Source of the DNA: Selaginella moellendorffii | Lineage: Eukaryota > Plantae > Lycopodiophyta | Reading direction: 5' to 3' | Length of the DNA stretch: 64,000 nt | Assembly (NCBI RefSeq): GCF_000143415.4 | Contig: NW_003314316.1 | Location: 598,182 to 662,181 of the forward strand | Shown: one piece after another, positions 1 to 12,900 of the stretch | Numbering within the stretch: the stretch's first letter is position 1 | Layout: each line of letters opens with the position of its first letter | Made by a program: the position numbers and the translations under genes | Notes under the pieces: generated by a model | The model's input: only the letters and a program-made list of their open reading frames with translations | The model's database searches: none | Told to the model about the DNA's origin: nothing

Positions 1-1906
1 ATTTGGAGGAATATCAAGAGGAGTATTGGTGGATTTATAGATGGTATTAATTGTTTTTGATCCCTTTGTACGAAGTGTTTTAATTGCTACACATACACAA
101 TTTTTGGAGGATCGACTTATTAGACGTCATGCTAAACCTATAAACTTATAGTCCCACTTGCTGCAACATCCAATACAATCCTTTCCACTAAGCAAAGAAC
201 CCCTTAAATAAATCACATACTGTAAAATTAGGAAAATGGACTAACACTAAGTCATCCATTATGTATTTCGCAGGTGGATAATGATGGAAGTTACAACGCC
301 ATTGTTATCTCACTTATATGTGGCTTAAATATTTAGTAAACTCTATTTGGACAAGTGGAAGAATGCTTGTTAAATATTGATCCCACATTTAGCATTGGTA
401 GTTTGTGGCAATTGCAAAGGTAAACCCAACTCTATTGATAGTATTGGATTATGACCATATAGGAGTTTATATGGTGAAACTCTAATAGAATTCTACACCT
501 TTGTGATATACATATACTAAAGAAATAGTAAATAACCATCCCAATTTGAATAGTAAAAGTCCACGTACTTCACGATCATCCCTTTGAAGGTTCAAATGAG
601 CCTTTCCACTAAATCGTTTGACTGTGGATGGTAAACACTCGTGAAAGTGTGGTGTATCCTCAATCAAGACATCAAAACATAAAATGCCTCAACCATAAAT
701 GCAGAATCATTATCTAAAAGAATTCGCTTTGGACAAGAATGTTAGAACACCACTCTATTGAGAAGGAAGTATTCAATAGCAATTGCAAATGCACTACAAG
801 AGCACTGACTTCCACAAAACAAGTCAAGTAGTTAGAAGCAACAATGACATACTTATTGGCAGTAGTCGATCGTAAAAAAGGCCCTATTAAATCAAATGTC
901 ACCAACTCAAATGGATAGGAAATTGCAATTAACTTCAACTGTCTTTCCGCAACACAAGAGGGAGTATTACAAGTTTAGCATCAAACATAGCTACGTATAT
1001 ATTGGATAACATTATGTCACATCCTCGGCCAATAAAAAGATCTATGCAGCTTCTCGATCACACGACGATATCCCATATACCCACCTAAAATAAAAGAATC
1101 ATGGTAGGCCGTGGAGAAAGTATGGAATAAAAATCGAAGGCATCACTAGCTGTAAATGATCATCAAAATTTGTTCCCACAAAATAAAGAAAACCATCTTC
1201 AAAGCGATAATGAGAGTGTAAATGCCAAAATAGCAAGTCATTAGCAAGTAATGTAGAATTTTTAAACCTATCACAAAGCCTTTGAATTCATGGTTCAATC
1301 TTTTAAGACTCACGAACCTTGTCAAGAGAAGGTAAATTATGCTCTGCACCTTGTGGACACTAAACGTCAAGTACAAAAGCTACCAATGGCACAGAATCCT
1401 CATTTAAAAACTCCACAGATGTTAAAATAAAAGGCTTATTAGAAACATGAGAAGAGAGTGAAGAAGGAAGAGGAGTTTGAGAAAGAGCATCAGCATAAGC
1501 TATCAAACTCCCCAAACAATGAACAACATTAAAATCATATATTCAAAACTTGAAATCTTACCAAGCAGTACAACTAACTAAGTTCTTCTACTTTAATAAT
1601 GAAGTAATTGCACCATAATTACCTTTTAGTAATGTCCGAAAACCATGTAAATATGCATAAAGTTTTTCGAAACCCCAAAATACTACTAAACACTTCTTCT
1701 CTGTCATGGAGTAGTTCATCTCTACTAGTTAATATATGTGATAGGATGGCACTGACTAGGCACACTGGGCTCTCTTGCATCAACACACTTCCAAGACTAA
1801 TATTAGAAGCATCCACACACAAAATGAAAGGTTGAATATAGTCAAAATATGCCAAAACTGAAGGAGTTGTCAATAACTCTTTGAAATCCATAAATGCCCA
1901 CCCACA
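1..1906 (-). mobile_element. Old degenerate Ty3/gypsy pol, RNaseH/integrase part (outermost host of the nest)
   Basis: ORF fragments 714-938 (PFELVTFDLIGP..KYVIVASNYLT, integrase) and 1619-1933 (PSVLAYFD..PFILCVDAS..GSVL, RNaseH); many stops; continues at 40676 after the TSD. Confidence 0.8.
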
Positions 1907-2433
1907 TGTAAGCCTTAAATTTTTCCTTTCCAATTTGCTAGTTTACCTTGTTTATTTGACCACCATAACCTTAGCCTTAGTTAAGTTCCCTCACCAAAGT
2001 TCTCACCTATTGTACTAGCTCCTACTCGGTCCTACTTGGTTTCAATAGCTTACTACACAAGCAATGGAGTGTTAGCCATCCATCCACGGTTTCCCAAATT
2101 CTTTCTCAATCCCCCTCTCTAGGTTAGATTGGACTTAAGGTTCAGCTACACTTCCCACATGCACAAACATCCTAGCACACCAAGCCTCTAGATTCTTAAC
2201 ATCCCTTGGTATAACAAAACTTGATCATGGGACCCTCTAAATTTGAAGCTTTGGGTGCAACACTTGCTTTGAGACACTAAGGGGAAACACCATGGCCTCA
2301 CGGCCCAGTATGGGTACCCCTACTCCTCCACTTCCATCTCGAAGGGAAGGCCCAAGCCCTTAGGAAGGGCAAGGATCAATGAGCTGTAAGGTACTCAAAT
2401 GGGGCACCACTCCACATGAGCCAGGAGCACCGT

Positions 2434-3060
2434 GTAAGGAACCAACTCCTCGAGGTGTCAAAGGCTAAAAGATCCCCAAAAGCACAACCAAAATGATAAA
2501 GAGTTCATCGATGGGACTGAGTCTGAGATCGAGTCGGAGACCGACTCTAAGACCGAGTCCGAGACCGAGTTTGAGACCGAGTCCGAGACTGTGTGCAAGA
2601 CTGGGTTCGAGACCGGGTTCAAGACCGGGTCCGAGATTGAGTTCGAGACCGAGTCCAAAGTCAAGTCCGAGATTAAGTCCGAGACTTAGTCTGAATACTA
2701 ATAGGTCATGGGGTGAAAGCCCAAAGCATGTGTCTCTTGGGGGGGGTAGGGGGCTGTAGGAGTATAGTAGGGATAGTGAGGTTAATAACTAGTCTTGAAG
2801 GAACTCTCTAGTGGTGCTTTCAAACTGACTTGAGGTTGAGACTGGGGCCGAGGGCCCTCAGGTGGGAGTGAGCATGGACTTGGGTGGTGCCGGAGGGGCC
2901 ACCCAAGGAAATGCTCAAGATTAGCTCTCACTCCTGGAAGGGAAACCGACTGCGGTGCTCTCGGCTCATGTGGAGTGGTGCCCCACTTAAGTATCTTGTG
3001 GCTCATTAGTCCTTGCCCTTCCTAGGGGCTTGGGCCTTCCCTTTGGGATGGAGGGGGGGG
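2434..3060 (+). mobile_element. Inverted, truncated family-B LTR fragment
   Basis: Starts TGTAAGGAACCAACT (reverse complement of the family-B end); carries CCGAGA repeats and the GGTGAAAGCCCAAAGC module; stops abruptly at ~3060. Confidence 0.7.
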
Positions 3061-6000
3061 GGAAACATTATACTATTCCCAAGATCCCAAAGGTGTTCCA
3101 TTATTGGCCCTTTTCTATCCACCACCTCTCCTACAAATTCACACATGAACTATAGTGGAGAGTCATGTCTTCCCAACCTGCTACTCTGCAAGGATAGGCC
3201 CACTCCTAGGACCTTTTGATGCCAACACCAGTGGTGATATACTTGAGCACCAATAAAAGTCAGATTAAGGAACAACTCCGATACCAAGTTATATGTGACT
3301 AAATTTTCCATTCTACTTTAGTCACTTAACCACACCTCCGACCACTTGGAGGAGTCTCACTCACAACCTCCATAAGTCCTATTTTGGACTTAGGGACTTA
3401 CTAGCCCCAAGAATGACATCCATGCCACTCAACCATTGCACTTGGACCAAGTGCTTCACGTGTCCAATCCCATGATTGACACCCCAAGGTACCACCAACA
3501 TATCAGCCTATTACACTAAGGCCATGCCCATTCACCTTAGTCACATTGGTGGTCTAACACCACCTACATCACAGTCCTGTCTCTCAAAGATCGGGCCATC
3601 TGTCCATGAGTGATCATCCCAAATCCACTCCTTAACATCCTTAGGATGCCCATAGACATGGGGAATAGCCTTCCCCAATATCCCTTTTCTGGTCCCCACT
3701 AAGTCCCTTTCTGCCCATGGCCGTGTTTGCCAACACTGCCACTGGATCGAGGCCCATAAGCCCAACTACTAAGTCCCACAGTCCTCTGGGACTTCCTCAC
3801 CACACGATTGTATCCTTTGTCTCTACTCCAGAGGACTACTCCTCTTCCTTTCCACAGTTTGGGCCTTTGGGACAACATTTTGGAACACCATGGCCCTACG
3901 CGAGCCTCATAGGTACTCTCCCCACCTTCCACCTTTGGGTGCTCTAGCCATGGGCTTAGAGCGAGGTTTTGTTGAGCCACACCAGGTACCCAAGTAGGTA
4001 GTGCCACCCACACTTGGACTGGGAGCATCGACCATTCGATCTCCCGGGGGAACTAGAGCCGGCTCTTGAACACTTCACCAAACTACCTTGCTTGTCGGTC
4101 TGTATTCACTCTAGTCTTGGACTTCCCAGTGGTCAACTCATCACCCAACATTGGGCCTGGCCTTCCTGGGCCAAACTGGCCTTTCCTGGCCAAATTGGCT
4201 CCACTGGGCTCCAACCCCCACACTCTCCCTACTATATTTTTGGAACCCCCCGCAGCTCTGCCCCCCCTAGGGGATGATTGCTTTGGGCTTTCACCCAACT
4301 GCCTGTATTAGTATTCGGACTCGGATTCGGACTCAAACTCGGACTTGGACTTGGTCTCGGTCCCGGTTTCGGACTCGGACTCGGTCTCAGTCTCGGTCTC
4401 AGTTCCATCTCAGACTCTATCTCGGACTCCATCTCGGATCCATCTCAGACTCCATCTTGGGTCCATCTCGAACTCCATCTTAGACTCCATCTCGGGTCCA
4501 CCTCGGACTCCATCTCGGGTCCACCTCGGACTCCATCTCGGGTCCACCTCGGACTCTATCTCGGGTCCATCTCGGATCCATCTCAGACTCCATCTCGAGT
4601 CCATCTCGGGTCCATCTCGAACTCTATCTCAGACTCCTTCTTGGGTCCATCTCAGACTCCCTTTTTGGAGCCTTGCTTATTGCTCACTTTGTGCTCGTTC
4701 CTTGAGCACTTTGTTGTGAGTTCCACTCTCGCTCTCGACCTTTGAAGTTGGAGCTTTTGGTCCAAACGTGTTACGCTCGTTTGGCTTTCGCTTCGGCCAT
4801 TACTATGTGGCACCCTTCCGGCTCTACTTGGGGCCCAGAGATTTTGTGTCTCACAACTCCCATAGACGAAGTTTGATGTCCTCATCGAATGATAAATTAT
4901 TTTATAAAGTAATACCAACATGTATTACCCTTTTCATTCTTGGCACTTCACCAATATTCGTCAATGGTTTGATATTGAAGGCTCACCATGCCTTGCCTTT
5001 CCTTCAAGGAGCATACTCCCTCCAACTTAGAGACTGATTGGACCACTTGTGGTGGTTCTCTCCTTTTATTGGTTTAGTTCTCATTAAACTTGTTAAAGAC
5101 ATCGTCTCTATCTCAATCCCACTACTCCTTCTCGAGTAGTTTTAGTTTCCATCAATATAACCTTTGCACTTTGGAACTTTTACTTTTAACTTCTTAAAGT
5201 CAATTTTTTAGGTGTCTCTAACACCTTGTATTGCACATATTGTGCAACTCCACTTCCCCATCCTAGGAAGTTCTCTACTTTATCCTTGAGTGCTACACCT
5301 AGCAACATCGGATCACTACCTCCGTTCTCGAGGTATTTTTTCGGTTCCATAGCAAAGACCTTGTTTTGCCAAGTCTAGAGGGTGTTCACCCCTAGTACGT
5401 CTCTTTAGCATTTTCTACTATGGGCCCTATCCTTGGCCTAACTTTGTGACCCTCCCATGGGTCCCTTATAAAGACTACTTTCTTTGGACTCACTATGCCA
5501 TTGCATAGTCACAAATCATTTCCCTTAGGTGTTCTTTTCACTTGGTCACCTTGACCAAGCCACACCATCATCAATAGTTCAAATCAACACTTTGAACTAG
5601 GAACCTTATCCTTTAACTTCACAAGGACTTTGTCCTTGTTTTAGCCATAAGATCACTTTGTGATCTAACCTTGGCACCTTAATAGGTTTACCAATAGATA
5701 TTAAGTCCTCCAGACCTTTAAATTGTTCATTATGACCCCGGAGGTATCCCCCACACTTGGCGGTGCACCCAAGCCAGCCCTTCCGACTAAGGGTCCATAG
5801 CAGCTGAGACTAAGTGTCCCTATCTCATTCACCACGTCCTTGGTGCCATTCGCACCAAAGTGTTCAAGTTAGATATGCCAAGCCACACTAAGCACTCTAA
5901 CCATGTATTATGACTCCAGGGCATCCTCCGCTTGGCGGTGTGCCCAAGCCAATCTCCTTAATGAGAGTCCATGACCACCGACAAATGAGTGTCCTCATAT

Positions 6001-8819
6001 TTCAAACCATCACCATGCCCTAGTTGTAAGCGACTATTTTTTCCATTTTACTTTAATCACTTAACCGCATCTCCGACCACTTGGAAGAGTCTCATTCACA
6101 ACCTCCATAAGTCCCAGTTAGGACTTGGGGCTTGCTAGCCCCGAGAATGGTATTCATGCCACCCAACCTTTGCACTTGGTCCAAGTGCTCCACGTGTCCA
6201 ATCCCATGACCGACACCCCAAGGTACCACCAACATATCAGCCCGTTATGCTAAGGCCATGCCCATTCACGTTGGTCACACTGGTGGTCTAACGCCACCTA
6301 CATCATAGTCCTGTCTCTCAAAGACTGGGCCATCCGTCCATGAGTGATCATCCCAGATCTACTCCTTAGCATCCTTAGGATACCCGCAGATATGGGGAAT
6401 AGCCTTCCCCAACAACTCTTTTCCAATCCCCACCAATTCCCCTTTTGTCCATGGCCGTGTTTGCCAACACTGCCACTAGATCAAGGCCCGCAGGCCTGAC
6501 CTCTAAGTCCCACTATCCTTTGGGACTTCCTCACCATGTGACCGTATCCTTGGTCACTGCACTAGAGGACTGCTCCTCTTCCCTTTCACCATTTGGGACT
6601 TTGGGTTGACATTTCGGAACACCGTGGCCTTACACAAGCCTCATGGGTACTCTCCCTGCCTTTTGCCTTTAGGTGCTCTAGCCATGGGCTTAGAGCGAGG
6701 TTCCATTGAGCCACACCAGGTATCCAAGTAGGTAGTGCCACCCACGGAGCATCGGCCAGTCGATCTCCTGGGGGAACTAGAGCCGGCTCTTGAACACTTC
6801 ACTAAGCTACCCCACTTGTCGGTCCGTGTTCACTCTAGTCTTGGACTTCCCAGTGGGCAGCTCATTACCCAACACTGGGTACAGCCTTCCTGGGCCAAAC
6901 TGGCCTTTCCTAGCCAAATTGGCCTTTCCTGGCCAAACTAGCTCCAGTGCAGTCCTCCCCCTCACTATACTTTTGGAGCTCACCAAACCCCCTAGGGTCT
7001 GGGAGACGAATGCTTTGGGCTTTCACCCTCTCAGACTCGAACTCGGACTCGGACTCGGATTCGGACTTGGACTCGGACTCGGCCTTGGCCTCGGTCTCGG
7101 TACCGATCTTGGTCTCGGTCCCCGTCTCAGTCTCGACTTCAGACTCCATCTCAGGTCCATCTCGGACTCCATCTCGGACTCCATCTCGGGTCCATCTTGA
7201 ACTCCATCTCGGGTCCATCTCGGACTCCATCTTGGACTCCATCTCGGGTCCATCTCGGTGTAAGCCACAAATTTTTCCATTCCAATTTGCCAACATACCT
7301 CGTTTACCTGTCCAACACTGCCTTGGCATTTGCTAAGTTCCCTCGCCAAGGTTCCTGCCTATGGTACCAGCTCCTACTTGATCCTACTTGGTTTTAGCTA
7401 CTCACTGCACGAGCAACGGAGCATTAGCCATCCATCCACGGATTCCCAAATCTCTCCCAATCCCCCTCCCCAGGTTAGACTGGACTTAAGGTTCGGCTAC
7501 ACTCCCCGCAGGCACAAGCAGCCAAGCACACCAAGTCTCCAGGTTCCTAACACCTCTTGGTACCACAAAACTTGATCATGGGACCCTCTAAATCCCAAGT
7601 CTTGGGTGCAACACTTGCTTCAGGACGCCGGGGCGAAACACCGTGGCCTAACGGCATGGTATGGGTACCTCTACCCCCCCACTTCCATCCCGAAGGAAGG
7701 CCCAAGCCCCTAGGAAGGGCGAGGACCAATGAGCCACGTGGTACTCAAGTGGGGCACCACTCCACTTGAGCCGGGAGCACCGCAGTCGGTTTCCCTTTCG
7801 GGAGTAGGAGCTGCTCTTGAGCACTTCCTTGGATGGCCCCTCTAGCACCAACCAAGTCCATACTCACTCCCACCCAAGGCCCCTCGGTCCCAGTTTCAAC
7901 CTCAAGTCGGTTTGGAAGCCCCACTGGAGAGTCCCTTCAAAACTGGTTCCTGGACCTCACTATCCCTACTATACTTTTGGAACCCCTTACAGCCCCCCCC
8001 CCGGGAGACGCACGCTTTGGGCTTTCACCCATTGACCCGTATTAGTATTTGGACTTAGTCTCTGGCTTGATCTCGGACTCGATTTTGGATCCGACTTCGG
8101 ATTTGGTCTCGGACTCGATCTCGGACTCAATCTCGGACCCGATCTCGGACCCGATCTCGGACCCGACCTCGGACTCGACCTCGGACTCGGTCTCGGACCC
8201 GATTTCGGATCTCGGACTCCGTCTCGAACTCGGTCTCGAACTCGGTCCCGAAGTCGGCCTCGGACTCGATTCCGGACTCTATCTCGAACTCGGTCTCAGA
8301 GTCGGTCTTAGACTCGATCTTCGACTTGGTCCCATCCGATGAACTCTTTGTCATTTTGGTCATGCCTTCGGGGTTCCTTTAGCCTACGACACCTCGGCGA
8401 GTTGGTTCCTTACAACTCCACCACCCATAGAAGAAGTTCGATGCCCACATCGAACGTCTCTCTTTTTTATCCTACGACTTGTTGACCATGTCTCCGGGGG
8501 CATCCCCCCACTTAGCGGTGTGCCTAAGTTAGCCTCCCCGGCCAAGAGCCCATGACAATGGAATATAGGTGTCCCTATACTCCTCACCTCACCATGCCCT
8601 AGTATGGGGTTAGGACTTGAACCCAGCCTTGCTTTATTAAGGGGTTGGGACTCAAACCTAACCTTCGTAGAATACGTCTACGGATTCGACATCCCCGCAA
8701 GGAGTCGGGCGTAGCTCCCTATGCCTGGTCGACCTAGTTAACCCATGCTAATTAGCTTACCTTCGGTGCTCCTTCGGGTCCCAACATATGCCATTGCTCA
8801 ACTTCTCAAATTGATACTT

Positions 8820-9954
8820 TTAATTGAACTTTGCATAAGTACATAGAGTTCTGCCTTGCAGAAATTCCTCCACTAGATCTCGCGCGTTTGCTAGGTTCTC
8901 CTCTGGTTCCCATATTGCTTCGTAGTGTGGAAATCCTTTCCACTTCACATGGAACTCTCTCACCTCGCGTCCTTGTCGCTTGCTCTTGCGCGCATTGAGG
9001 ATGGCCTCGACTTCGTATTCCTCTTCCCCTTGGATATCCTCAGGTAAAGGTTTTACTTGGTCCTTGCGAAGCGGATCCTCAAAATACGGCTTGAGTAAGT
9101 TCACGTGGAACATGGGATGCATCTTCCCCATCTCTCGAGGAAGTCGGAGTCGGTAAGCCACTTTACCGATTCAAGCCTCAATCTCGTAAGGCCCCGCGAA
9201 CCTACTTAAGGAACTCAAGATCAATTCATTTACAGGAATACATGCATTTTTACCTTTGGGTCAACTTCCGGCTAATCCCACTTGGTAGCCTGAGGTTCTT
9301 GGTGTTCAGCCACACCTTCTCCCCAGCTTGGAACTCTACATCCTGGCACTTCTGGTTCGCATACTTAGTTTGCCTTTGTTGAGCTCGTTCCAAGGAATCC
9401 CTCACTATATTCCAAATGTTGAGTCTTTCCGCCGTGAATGCTTCCACTGCGGGTAACTCTCCATGATACTCGGCCACGCCGAGTTCCATAAGACCTTCAA
9501 TAGCTCGCCCATTGATGACTTCCCATGGACTCACCCCGATGCTCGAATGTGGTGAGTTGTTATAACACATTTCCGCAAGTCCCAAATGACTTACCCAATC
9601 GGTCTGGTCTCCCGAGACATAGCATCGCAAATAATCCTCCAGCTGCTTATTCACCCTTTCCGTTTGTCCGTCTGTCAAGAAATGTTAGTGCCCTCAATCT
9701 TGACTTAATACCCATCACCTGTCTGCAGGTGATAGACTGTGCTGAATTTCAACTTGGTGCGATACTGTTCTAGGAGTGTCCTCCAGAACCTACTAGTGAA
9801 GATCTTATCTTGATCTGAGATGATCTCTTCCAGCCTTCCCCGCACTCGAACCACTTGTTCGAAGAACAGCTTCGCCACACCTTCCGCATCCACTTCCGTT
9901 GTGGTGGGTATGAAATGTGCCATTTTCGAAAATCGGTCCACCACCATGAATATC
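8820..9954 (-). pseudogene. Integrase core, GPY/F region and chromodomain of the family-B pol, interrupted by two GT-AG intron-like inserts (9202-9253, 9672-9718)
   Basis: VVDRFSKMAHF, IISDQD, QTDGQTER, KLTQRFAGPY, EYEVEAIL..VKWKGF..WEPEENL; the reading frame is restored only when the inserts are removed. Confidence 0.9.
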
Positions 9955-9959
9955 GCATC

Positions 9960-12900
9960 TGTCGCGCATGTGACTTCGGGTATCGAAAGTTACCTGTCGA
10001 CCAGTCCTTACGGACACTCTTACCTTACTGCCACGATGGCAAGAGGTCGGTATTGCTGGTTCCTTTTATCAGCCCCTCTTGTTCAAGTGTTAGTAAACTG
10101 GACTTTGCATCTGTACTTGGCCGGATGAACACAAGGACGGAATTCCTAAGTGTCTATTCAGCCAAGCATACTTGGCCTGGCTTTTTAGTTCTCTTTTGCT
10201 CTGTCTTGCACTGGCTTGACAAGAACCCTCGCGTATTGAGATTGGTCCCTCAATATCGCTACATGATAGCTTACCGTGTCTGCCAAACACCCTCGCTATC
10301 ATGCCCTTTGTGTTAGTCTCATTTCGGTCCCAAATGCTATTTATGGAAAGTGTCTAGATTTGCTTATTTGGTATATCTACGGAATGTAGAGATTGTCCTG
10401 AACACAATGGTGTTCGTCCTGTGTCCAAATTCGCAATCTAAGGACATTCCATATTTAGTAAGTTTCGAGCTTGTCCCAGAGACTAACTCCTGATACTAAG
10501 GGAGGCTTGGGGTGAAAGCCCAAAGCGTGTGTTCCTCAAGGGGGGGGGGGGGCTGTGGGGGGTTCCAAATGTATAGTAGGGATAGTGGGTAGGTCGGGCA
10601 TGGCCGACCAACCTGAGGCATAGTCTAGCTCCCGCTTGCGTGCCTGTCCTTGTTCTGCGTCCGGCTTGGGTCTAAGCCCAAGTTCCATTCCATGCTAGTT
10701 GGTGGAGTACCCATGTCTTCGCGTTAGGCCACCGGTATGCCGAAATAGCGTCAGACTCCGTTTGGCTCCATTTTGCGTGCTGGTCCTGGCATTGGGATAC
10801 TGGTTACTCTAGGACTGTTCCAAGTCGCTCCGGGCTCCTGTCCCTTCGCTCTTTGGGCTTCATGCTCGGGAGTTGTTCCGTGGTTCGGTTCCGTCACTCC
10901 TTGGCTTCGTGCTTGGGAGTTTGGCACTGTTCCTTCGTTCAGTGGCCCAAGGCCCTGAACCTCAGGTTCCTATGGACACGTGGCATGGACACGTGGCATG
11001 TGACATGTGGCATCTGTCACGTGGCACAAAGAGGGTTTAAGTTCCGCTTCGTGGTGTTATCCTATGGTAAATCATCATAGGATAAAGGGTCAAAACCACG
11101 TGCGCTACATTTGGTATCAGAGCATGAGTCTCAGCGAGTACTATACAATGAGATTGGGCAACTAGTCTCGTTGCATACGCAGAGATGAAAACGATGATCC
11201 GAGTGGGTACACGTTTTGGTGCAAAGGCTTCGCAATTGTTCCTTGGGTATGGATTTGGTTACCTTGTTGTACCTTATGATGTGAGCTTGCTCTTGGGCTC
11301 ACAAGAGGGATTGAGTTGTTCCATTCGCACGAGTTTGAGCTTGGACTCATGAGTGAGGCACATTAGCAACTTGAGATTACACTTTGAGTTGGCAAGATTA
11401 ATGTTAGCCTATCGGTGGTTCCATGAGTTGTTCCATGTACCGTGAGTGAAAGCAAACCTTCCCTGGGTTTGCTATGAGTGGCAAATAGGCTGGTCCGTAG
11501 CTGTTTAGCACGGCACTAGTGGATCCTTCCTAGGCATAGTTACAAGTGGATCAGTCAAGACTGTAGGGATTAGTCTATTGGTTCAAGTAATCATTGCCGT
11601 GCTCTCTCATAAACTTTTCTTGGATTGGACTGAAGGCAGTGTGAAAGCAAGCTTGAGGTGTAGTCAAAAGATAAGACTGAAAAGAGAGTAGTCAGGGACG
11701 GAGGATCAAACACGTAAATCATCTTCTCTTTTGGAGAGATGGTTTGCAACGAGGGGTGACTCATTGCTCATGTTCACATCATGCAATCAAGAGTCCCTAC
11801 TTTGATGCATCTTGGAGATGATGGTCTTACAAATGGTGAGTTATGGGATGGATAGCAGTGAAGCGCTATACCATTTTGTCTAGGCTTGCTATTGGAAGAC
11901 TTGAGTTACAATGCTCAATTCTTTTTCCGGGAACCTTGCTATTATTCCTTGAGTAACTTGGTTGGATTAGTTTTGAGTTTGGTCGGAAAAAGAGTGGCAT
12001 GTGCTTATCCATGTTGTGAACAAAAGTTAGTGGTGTCGGGTGTTGTTAATCTCTATTAGTGGAGTGTGGCATTTATGTTGCATTCTGTCAAGTTGAGTTG
12101 GCACTTGATATTCATGTAAACCTTTGAAGTAATGACATTGGCATTGTTCGTGGTGTTGCTCAATTGATGATCAAGTCATTGTGATACTTATATCATATCC
12201 ATGTGATAATGAGCAATGTGTTTACGAAGTTGCTTAGTTAAGCGATGATCAACCCCAAAGTGGTTGATGGAGAAGCTAGTCTACTTGCAAGTAGTAGCAT
12301 TGTAGTAGTTTTGACAGGATTCTCGATAGTGGTCCATTATGCTAAGCTTAAGTTGGTACGTTGTTCCTTTAAGAGTTGGCCCATAAGGTGTTGGAAAAGA
12401 GTTGTAGCATTTGCTATAACTCATTAGTTGATCCGTTAACACTTGGAGTAGATTGTTGGATAGAGAAGGTGTGAGGTTGAGGCATTGACATTACTAGCAC
12501 TTGTGTTAGTGGAAGTGGCATTGTTATTTTAAGTGATGAGGAAGTTTCCTTAGAGCTTAATTTTCCATGTCATTTTTTCTTGTTAGTGTTTTAGCTTCAC
12601 ATTAGATCTTGAAGGTGGTTGAAGAAGAGTGTTAGTGCAATGTGGATATCCGAAGATGTGGTCTTCGTGATCAAGCCTTGGATGTTCCATTTGCATTTTA
12701 TGGATGTCGGTGTTGGATGTTGAAAATATGGGCAAATAAAGATGTTCAAGGCTTAAGCATATTATGGGTCATGAGAATTTATGTTGAGGTGAACCTATGT
12801 GAAGTTGTTGGTAGGAGGAAGTTGGTTGAATCTTGAAAGTTTGCATTCCTAGACTAAGAGTCATTCTTTCTCTAGGATGGAAAATTTTCCACAAATTTTC

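Noticed and set aside
10975-11026. Clustered CACGTG/GTGGCA repeats in family-C LTRs resembling the transposon palindrome
   Set aside because: These are G-box-like direct repeats without the 8-6-8 inverted architecture.
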